Shown: one piece after another, positions 12,401 through 22,200 of the stretch | Layout of the letters: the number at the start of each line of letters is the position of its first letter | Numbering within the stretch: position 1 is the first letter of the stretch | DNA from: Macrostomum hystrix | Lineage: Eukaryota > Animalia > Platyhelminthes | DNA length: 64,000 bases | Direction: 5' to 3' | Assembly: GCA_950097015.1 (NCBI GenBank) | Contig: CATNEN010000038.1 | Location: forward strand, 17,670,001 to 17,734,000 | Notes under the pieces: generated by a model | The model's database searches: none | Told to the model about the DNA's origin: nothing | Seen by the model: the letters and a program-made list of their open reading frames with translations, nothing else | Program-made: the position numbers and the translations under genes

Positions 12401-15400
12401 AGAATTTATTCAGCTTTCTAATAAAACAAACATTTTTTAAATATGCTGAATGATAATAATACGACATTTTTTCATTTTAGTGGGGTCGGTGGCAGAGCGG
12501 TTATCGCGTCTGCCTCTCGCACCAAGGTCCCTAAGTTCGATTCCACGGCGAGGCCACATTCATTTGGGGCGCAGCCGCGGAGAGAAGGCTTGGGGGCTTG
12601 TCGTGCAATTTACGCCCTAGAAGGCCAACCTTAAAGGCACAGTGAGAGTGTACACTGCCTGACGATGAGAAAGTCAGGGCAGATGTACACACCTGTGTGA
12701 GCGTGTGCCTGCGTACAGTATCTGTGTGCGTGTGTGCTCAGGAGTCAGCGAAATGGGCAGAATTGCCTCCTCGCTGGCTGCGGCTCTAGTGTCACCAAAT
12801 GATGTGCCATTGCCCGCAGCCCTCCTGCAATGATTATTACGAGCTCGTATGTTGAATGATACGGAAGTTATATCAGTGTTTATCTCCAAGTTGTGCATCA
12901 GAATTTCCTGTCTGCTTTGTGTATTTTTGGGACAGGCCAGTCAGACCTTACTTGTCCGAAAAATGGGGGGTTTGGAGGGAAATTGTCTCTCCTGTTTCCA
13001 TAGATTCACAGTACCATAAACAGTGCAATAGAGTGCAATGGATATCAAAGGGGTTACATCTGCGCTTGGGAGATACGGAGCCCAGATCTCGAAGCTCGAT
13101 AACTAACCACTACAGAAGGATTTACGAAAGACAGCAACAGACTAATACCAAATTTCAAGGCACATAGGGCACTTTTATAACCCAATGTTTAGACTTTAAG
13201 GCTTCTGAACGAGAGGTCAGAGGTTCGTTTTTTGGCGAATATGGAAGCATTTATTGGCCTTGTGCAAGACAGTTGATTCACAGAGCACAAACTGACTCCT
13301 GAGCACAAACTGACTCCTGAGCACAAACTGACTCCTGAGCACAAACTGACTCCTGAGCACAAACTGACTCCTGAGCACAAACTGACTCCTGAGCACAAAC
13401 TGACTCCTGAGCACAAACTGACTCCTGAGCACAAACTGACTCCTGAGCACAAACTGACTCCTGAGCACTCCACGGCTGCACTCCAAATTGATGTGAGCTC
13501 GAAGACAATGAAAAAACCGTGAAGAAAATAGTAGAACTACCTTTGATGGCGTGCAGCCAGCTGCCAGTGATGACATGCTCAATCCGAGCATAGCTCTCAA
13601 ACTTGAGCTCCGGTGTTTCCTGCAGCACCGGGTGCAGTTTGAACACCGTGTGAGGATCGGCGCTCTCCTCAGACAGAGTGACAGTCAAGCCTAGCACCGC
13701 GTCGTGTCTAACGCACAAATACCTCCTAGTGCTGGCGTGGCGAAACCGGAACTGCTGATCCCAGGTGAGAATATCCCCATTGAGGATAGTTTTTTCCGAC
13801 TCAATCTGCCAGTAGGTGACAGCCGAGCTGGACGGATGAAGGGTGCGCGGGTTCAACTGGTCGATCTCGCGAATTCTCAGGTGAACTGGAGAGAACAAAA
13901 TTATTTTTTTTGCTTTATTGCCTTCTTCTTCAAAGCAAATTTCTACAATGAGGTCAGCCTGAATAAGTAATAAGATTCTACAAAGCAATTTGATTAATTG
14001 CATCAACTCTCCAGCTTTCTATTTAATTTTATTTACAAAGTCTGATACCAAACATTTGAAACATATACTTTAGTTTTTTGTTTTAATAGTATCGCAGAGA
14101 AAGTGTATTTTTTGTTTAAAAGTCTAAAAACTCAAACTATAACATTCATATTATACAATAATATTCGAATTCGGATATTCAGATTCTTGGTTCGAGTTAC
14201 GAAACAGGACTTAGATATCTATACCAACTTTCCTTTAAACCGAGTTTATCAATCATCTCATTGTGGCACAGTTAATTGAACACTGCTGCACATTACCGTC
14301 CTCCGTGACTTCGTCGTCGAAAAGGCCTTCTGCCACAACGTAGGCTTCCAGCTCTTTGTGGAATAGCTGCACAAACTGCCCGCCCTGAAGGTGAAGGAAA
14401 TGCAAAAAGTAAAACACTTAGATCCCCTAGACAAATACCCCTTTCTAATCTTTAATGTGACGCACCTCACTCTTATCTACCATTTGATGTGCCGCACCGA
14501 TCACTCTCATCTACCCTTTGATGTGCCGCACCTCATTCTCATCTACCCTTTGATGCGCCGCACCTCACTCTTATCAACCCTTTGATGTGCCGCACCGATC
14601 ACTCTCATCTACCCCTTGATGTGCCGCACCTCACTCTTATCTACCCTTTGATGCGCCGCACCTCACTCTTATCAACCCTTTGATGTACCGCACCGATCAC
14701 TCTCATCTACCCTTTGATGTGCCGCACCTCACTCTTATCTACCCTTTGATGCGCCGCACCTCACTCTTATCAACCCTTTGATGTGCCGCACCTCATTCTC
14801 ATCTACCCTTTGATGTGCCGCAAACTCTGCACTCTGCACTCTTCACAAAGGTGAATAGCAGCTACTAATAATCTAAAATAAGACTCTCATACCCGAGCAA
14901 ACAGTTCGTGATCTCCAATAAAGCCGTGCGACTTGACAATGGTGAAGCCAGTCTGATCTACGCCGAGATTCAGTTCAGATCTGAGTTATTGTTAATAAGG
15001 AAATATGGAATACATTTTGTGTCCGCTCTCAAAAGTTTATACTTCCTTCGCGAGCAAGTCACATGTTATGGCTTGGGGCTTACACAATTCGCCCAGTTTC
15101 AATGGGAAATCCGTGGCTAGCGTGGTAGAAATGTCCGGGACTCTTGATTGACTCCAGTGAGACCTGGTCAAACAGTTGCACCTGAATAGGGATTGTCAGT
15201 CATGGACATTGTCAGTCATGGACATTGTCAGTTAGGGACATTGTCAGTTAGGGACTTTGCAATTCAGTCAGGGAGATTGTCAGTTCGACAGGGACATTGT
15301 CAGTTAGACAGGGACATTGTCAGTTAGACAAGGACATTGTCAGTTAGACAGGGACATTGTCAGTTAGACAGGGACATTTTCAGTTAGACAGGAACATTGT

Positions 15401-16060
15401 CAGTTAGACAGGGACATTGCTATATGGTGAGCAGTGATTTGGTACGTATGAAAGATGAAATTCAGACAGAAAGTTCATTGCTCCACTCACAAATTCGCCC
15501 TCTGATTTGACTTTGTAGCGAGGCAGGATGCGAAACTGCGCATTCTTGGAATTATACTCGTGCAGAGACAGCTGCGGGCAATTGTAAAGTGGGTATAGAA
15601 TTACGAGAGAATCATTTCCCAATGTCTGCCGTTAGAAGCTGCAAAGTCTAATCAATTATCAGGGGTTGTGTTTAAAAATCCTAAGCTGTCACGATCCGCG
15701 GTTAGTCTAGTAATGTGCAGTTGAGGGCCTTGCTAAATGGAAATATGCGAAATTCTAGGTATGGATATTATGATCTACCGCAGATTAAATTGCTGGGCTA
15801 AAAAAACTGCTTTTATTAATGTGCATTCCAAGCACTAACTAGGAAGGCTTAATTTAAATAGTAGGTAACTTGATAGATTATCGCTGTGGGATCCTTTATT
15901 ATATTCGTATTTATGTCGGGAACTATCGTCCAACAATGACTTCTTTCTGGTCTTGTTAAAAGAGACAAGAAATAAATGATACCAGTATAAGCCGGATCGA
16001 AAGGGCAAAACAGAAAGTAAATGGAAAATTTTAGATAGATGATAGATAGATAGATAGATG

Positions 16061-16091
<31 letters not shown>

Positions 16092-16120
16092 TGATAGATA
16101 GATAGATAGATAGATAGATT

Positions 16121-16155
<35 letters not shown>

Positions 16156-16160
16156 TGATT

Positions 16161-16195
<35 letters not shown>

Positions 16196-16200
16196 TGATT

Positions 16201-16231
<31 letters not shown>

Positions 16232-16232
16232 T

Positions 16233-16271
<39 letters not shown>

Positions 16272-19200
16272 GGATAGATAGATAGATAGATAGATAGATG
16301 GATAGATAGATCCGATTCAGCTCGTAAATCAACCGTATAGTTTTGTATCCTGGCAGAAAAATACATTAGCATAAATTATGCATTTTCATTTAGGGTCTAA
16401 TAGTGTCCGTGCGGATCTGTCGCAGCTGGTAATTCTACCAGAATGTTTACGCTTTCTGCAAACTTTATCTGACTGCCCTAGATCATAGAACACGAACTAG
16501 CATTACGAGCTACGTTTCATTTGCTCAGTTTTTTGTGGTCAACCGAAGTTGATAATTGGCATAATAATCTAGACACCTTCAGGCTGCATAGCAACGGAAG
16601 TACTGTGGCATTGTTCAGCCTTGGTTATGGCTCGGATACAGATAGTTTAATATTTTGAGCAGACAATTGCATATAGCCATGCACTCACCAGCATGTTGTT
16701 CTTGTCGCACTGACTAGTTTGGTTCGTATTGACGTGAATGTACTTTCCAGTGAATCGGTGTCGCAACTGAAAGTTCAGTTTGGTAGTTAAATAAGACTTC
16801 GCTGTCTTCAGTATTGAGTTCAGCGAGCTGATAGAAAGCAGATTCAAGCAGATTCACCTGAATAATCTCGCCGTAACGCAGTCGCTTGCCCTGGTTTCTT
16901 CTCTGCTCGGCCATGTTGTCAACATTCTCTGCGCTGGCTGCACTTTTGGCCTGATCGAGATGCTGCTGTTGTTCGAAATCAGCCATGCCGGTGTCAGGCT
17001 GAACTCCTCCGCCGCCACCGCCACCACCGGCGGTCCCAGCTGTCGCAGTGTCAGGAGCCGAAGTCGACGCTATCGCGTCCGGAGCGACGGAGGAGACGTG
17101 CGCAGCTTGGTGGATCTTCGCGCTGCCGACAAGTTTGCGATACTTTTTATCCAGTTTGTACCGGTTCTGGATGCACACTTGGAACAGGAGAACTGCAAGG
17201 GTTATTCAGTGAGAGGACTAGTTTGAACCGGTTCTGGGTGCACACTTGGAACAGGAGAACTGCAAGGGTTATTCAGTGAGAGGACTAGTTTGAACCGGTT
17301 CTGGATGCACACTTAGAACAGGAGAACTGCAAGGGTTATTCAGTGAGAGCACTAGTTTGTACCGGTTCTGGATGCACACTTGGAACAGGAGAACTGCAAG
17401 GGTTATTCAGTGAGAGGACTAGTTTGAACCGGTTCTGGGTGCAGACTTGGAACAGGAGAACTGCAAGGGTTATTCAGTGAGAGGACTAGTTTGAACCGGT
17501 TCTGGGTGCACACTTGGAACAGGAGAACTGCAAGGGTTATTCAGTGAGAGGACTAGTTTGAACCGGTTCTGGGTGCACACTTGGAACAGGAGAACTGCAA
17601 GGGTCATTCAGTGAGAGGACTAGTTTGAACCGGTTCTGGGTGCACACTTGGAACAGGAGAACTGCAAGGGTTATTCAGTGAGAGGACTAGTTTGAACCGG
17701 TTCTGGGTGCACACTTGGAACAGGAGAACTGCAAGGGTTATTCAGTGAGAGGACTAGTTTGTACCGGTTCTGGATGCACACTTGGAACAGGAGAACTGCA
17801 AGGGTTATTCAGTGAGAGGACTAGTTTGAACCGGTTCTGGGTGCAGACTTGGAACAGGAGAACTGCAAGGGTTATTCAGTGAGAGGACTAGTTTGAACCG
17901 GTTCTGGATGCACACTTGGAACAGGAGAACTGCAAGGGTTATTCAGTGAGAGGACTAGTTTGAACCGGTTCTGGATGCACACTTGGAACAGGAGAACTGC
18001 AAGGGTCATTCAGTGAGAGGACTAGTTTGAACCGGTTCTGGGTGCACACTTGGAACAGGAGAACTGCAAGGGTTATTCAGTGAGAGGACTAGTTTGAACC
18101 GGTTCTGGATGCACACTTGGAACAGGAGAACTGCAAGGGTTATTCAGTGAGAGGACTAGTTTTAACCGGTTCTGGATGCACACTTGGAACAGGAGAACTG
18201 CAAGGGTCATTCAGTGAGAGGACTAGTTTGAACCGGTTCTGGGTGCACACTTGGAACAGGAGAACTGCAAGGGTCATTCAGGGAGAGGACTAGTTTGAAC
18301 CGGTTCTGGATGCACACTTGGAACAGGAGAACTGCAAGGGTCATTCAGGGAGAGGACTAGTTTGAACCGGTTCTGGATGCACACTTGGAACAGGAGAACT
18401 GCAAGGGTCATTCAGGGAGAGGACTAGTTTGAACCGGTTCTGGATGCACACTTGGAACAGGAGAACTGCAAGGGTTATTCAGTGAGAGGACTAGTTTGAA
18501 CCGGTTCTGGATGCACACTTGGAACAGGAGAACTGCAAGGGTTATTCAGTGAGAGGACTAGTTTGAACCGGTTCTGGGTGCACAATTGGAACAGGAGAAC
18601 TGCAAGGGTTATTCAGTGAGAGGACTAGTTTGTACCGGTTCTGGATGCACACTTGGAACAGGAGAACTGCAAGGGTTATTCAGTGAGAGGACTAGTTTGA
18701 ACCGGTTCTGGGTGCAGACTTGGAACAGGAGAACTGCAAGGGTTATTCAGTGAGAGGACTAGTTTGAACCGGTTCTGGATGCACACTTGGAACAGGAGAA
18801 CTGCAAGGGTTATTCAGTGAGAGGACTAGTTTGAACCGGTTCTGGATGCACACTTGGAACAGGAGAACTGCAAGGGTTATTCAGTGAGAGGACTAGTTTG
18901 AACCGGTTCTGGATGCACACTTGGAACAGGAGAACTGCAAGGGTTATTCAGTGAGAGGACTAGTTTGAACCGGTTCTGGATGCACACTTGGAACAGGAGA
19001 ACTGCAAGGGTCATTCAGGGAGAGGACTAGTTTGAACCGGTTCTGGATGCACACTTGGAACAGGAGAACTGCAAGGGTTATTCAGTGAGAGGACTAGTTT
19101 GAACCGGTTCTGGATGCACACTTGGAACAGGAGAACTGCAAGGGTCATTCAGTGAGAGGACTAGTTTGAACCGGTTCTGGGTGCACACTTGGAACAGGAG

Positions 19201-22200
19201 AACTGCAAGGGTTATTCAGTGAGAGGACTAGTTTGAACCGGTTCTGGGTGCACACTTGGAACAGGAGAACTGCAAGGGTTATTCAGTGAGAGGACTAGTT
19301 TGTACCGGTTCTGGATGCACACTTGGAACAGGAGAACTGCAAGGGTTATTCAGTGAGAGGACTAGTTTGAACCGGTTCTGGGTGCAGACTTGGAACAGGA
19401 GAACTGCAAGGGTTATTCAGTGAGAGGACTAGTTTGAACCGGTTCTGGATGCACACTTGGAACAGGAGAACTGCAAGGGTTATTCAGTGAGAGGACTAGT
19501 TTGAACCGGTTCTGGATGCACACTTGGAACAGGAGAACTGCAAGGGTCATTCAGTGAGAGGACTAGTTTGAACCGGTTCTGGGTGCACACTTGGAACAGG
19601 AGAACTGCAAGGGTTATTCAGTGAGAGGACTAGTTTGAACCGGTTCTGGATGCACACTTGGAACAGGAGAACTGCAAGGGTTATTCAGTGAGAGGACTAG
19701 TTTTAACCGGTTCTGGATGCACACTTGGAACAGGAGAACTGCAAGGGTCATTCAGTGAGAGGACTAGTTTGAACCGGTTCTGGGTGCACACTTGGAACAG
19801 GAGAACTGCAAGGGTCATTCAGGGAGAGGACTAGTTTGAACCGGTTCTGGATGCACACTTGGAACAGGAGAACTGCAAGGGTCATTCAGGGAGAGGACTA
19901 GTTTGAACCGGTTCTGGATGCACACTTGGAACAGGAGAACTGCAAGGGTCATTCAGGGAGAGGACTAGTTTGAACCGGTTCTGGATGCACACTTGGAACA
20001 GGAGAACTGCAAGGGTTATTCAGTGAGAGGACTAGTTTGAACCGGTTCTGGATGCACACTTGGAACAGGAGAACTGCAAGGGTTATTCAGTGAGAGGACT
20101 AGTTTGAACCGGTTCTGGGTGCACAATTGGAACAGGAGAACTGCAAGGGTTATTCAGTGAGAGGACTAGTTTGTACCGGTTCTGGATGCACACTTGGAAC
20201 AGGAGAACTGCAAGGGTTATTCAGTGAGAGGACTAGTTTGAACCGGTTCTGGGTGCAGACTTGGAACAGGAGAACTGCAAGGGTTATTCAGTGAGAGGAC
20301 TAGTTTGAACCGGTTCTGGATGCACACTTGGAACAGGAGAACTGCAAGGGTTATTCAGTGAGAGGACTAGTTTGAACCGGTTCTGGATGCACACTTGGAA
20401 CAGGAGAACTGCAAGGGTTATTCAGTGAGAGGACTAGTTTGAACCGGTTCTGGATGCACACTTGGAACAGGAGAACTGCAAGGGTTATTCAGTGAGAGGA
20501 CTAGTTTGAACCGGTTCTGGATGCACACTTGGAACAGGAGAACTGCAAGGGTCATTCAGGGAGAGGACTAGTTTGAACCGGTTCTGGATGCACACTTGGA
20601 ACAGGAGAACTGCAAGGGTTATTCAGTGAGAGGACTAGTTTGAACCGGTTCTGGATGCACACTTGGAACAGGAGAACTGCAAGGGTTATTCAGTGAGAGG
20701 ACTAGTTTGAACCGGTTCTGGGTGCACAATTGGAACAGGAGAACTGCAAGGGTTATTCAGTGAGAGGACTAGTTTGAACCGGTTCTGGATGCACACTTGG
20801 AACAGGAGAACTGCAAGGGTTATTCAGTGAGAGCACTAGTTTGAACCGGTTCTGGGTGCACACTTGGAACAGGAGAACTGCAAGGGTTATTCAGTGAGAG
20901 CACTAGTTTGTACCGGTTCTGGGTGCACACTTGGAACAGGAGAACTGCAAGGGTTATTCAGTGAGAGCACTAGTTTGTACCGGTTCTGGGTGCACACTTG
21001 GAACAGGAGAACTGCAAGGGTTATTCAGTGAGAGCACTAGTTTGTACCGGTTCTGGGTGCACACTTGGAACAGGAGAACTGCAAGGGTTATTCAGTGAGA
21101 GCACTAGTTTGTACCGGTTCTGGGTGCACACTTGGAACAGGAGAACTGCAAGGGTTATTCAGTGAGAGGACTAGTTTGAACCGGTTCTGGATGCAGACTT
21201 GGAACAGGAGAACTGCAAGGGTTATTCAGTGAGAGCACTAGTTTGTACCGGTTCTGGGTGCACACTTGGAACAGGAGAACTGCAAGGGTTATTCAGTGAG
21301 AGCACTAGTTTGTACCAGTTTGAACCGGTTCTGGGTGCACAATTAAGGACTGGTAAGTTAGTCTTTGAGTTTTTGTCTCTAAGTTTTATGGCGTTGTTTC
21401 ATGGGCAGCTTCTAGTATCTGCTGGAGTAGAAATGTCTAGGTTAGCCTGGCGTCCTGCACAGTCCACGGACTGAACAGCTGTACACAGCTTTTGCTGCCA
21501 CTGGCGGTATAATCTGGTCTAACTGGGCTATGTATAATATTTTTCACGTTTTGCTTTTAGTTAAGCGGTTAATCTTGTGCTTTTTCTTCTGCGTCATCGA
21601 AAGAGACTAACAAAATGAATAGCGAAGTAGCGTGATAAGTCGGCATTAAAAAATCGAATATCTCTCGCTTTTCAAAGAAGAACTGAGACGAATATGAGAT
21701 TTAAAAAACGGTCACATTGCAGTGAAGTCTGCGGCTGCCAGAGTAAACTGAACCGATTCGATTCAGTTCACAATAACAAAAGCTTTCCATTTGCGCCACC
21801 AAAATGTCTCATCACGCGACGCCCACATTTGTTGAAAATCTGGCATCGAAATCTGATTGGCTGAGGCATAGTCACGTGCGTGCCTTAGAGGCTGAGGTTG
21901 GTTGAAATATGGGTTACAGTATTCCTTGAACTGAAGTTAGAAATCATATGAATGGGAGAGGCAATTCTAATGCGTGATACTTGGTCGTCTTCTCGATGTC
22001 AAACTGAAGCTTTGAATTTCAATTTTGTCTCTGAGCTGTGCAGAAAAACGAAACGGTGTCCCCAAAAAGAAAGGCGATAACTGATCCCTCAGCAATGAGA
22101 TATTCGATTTCTATTTTTTCATCATTATCGCACTAAACTGATCCTGGCGGAATTCCCAAAACGGTCGAAGAATTTTAATCGACTGTTAAAGACGCTTGTT

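Noticed and set aside
12647-12692. CTGACGA...GAAA in SINE A resembling a hammerhead ribozyme core
   Set aside because: Only 3 nt separate the motifs and no stem III or cleavage-site geometry can be formed. It is better read as a simple long hairpin.
17193-21300. Reading each 67-bp unit as a 31-nt micro-exon plus a 36-nt GT-AG intron (the concatenated micro-exons have no stops)
   Set aside because: The donor (CCG|GTTCAA or GTACAA) is poor and the shortest supported introns in this window are about 91 nt. Retained only as a remote possibility.
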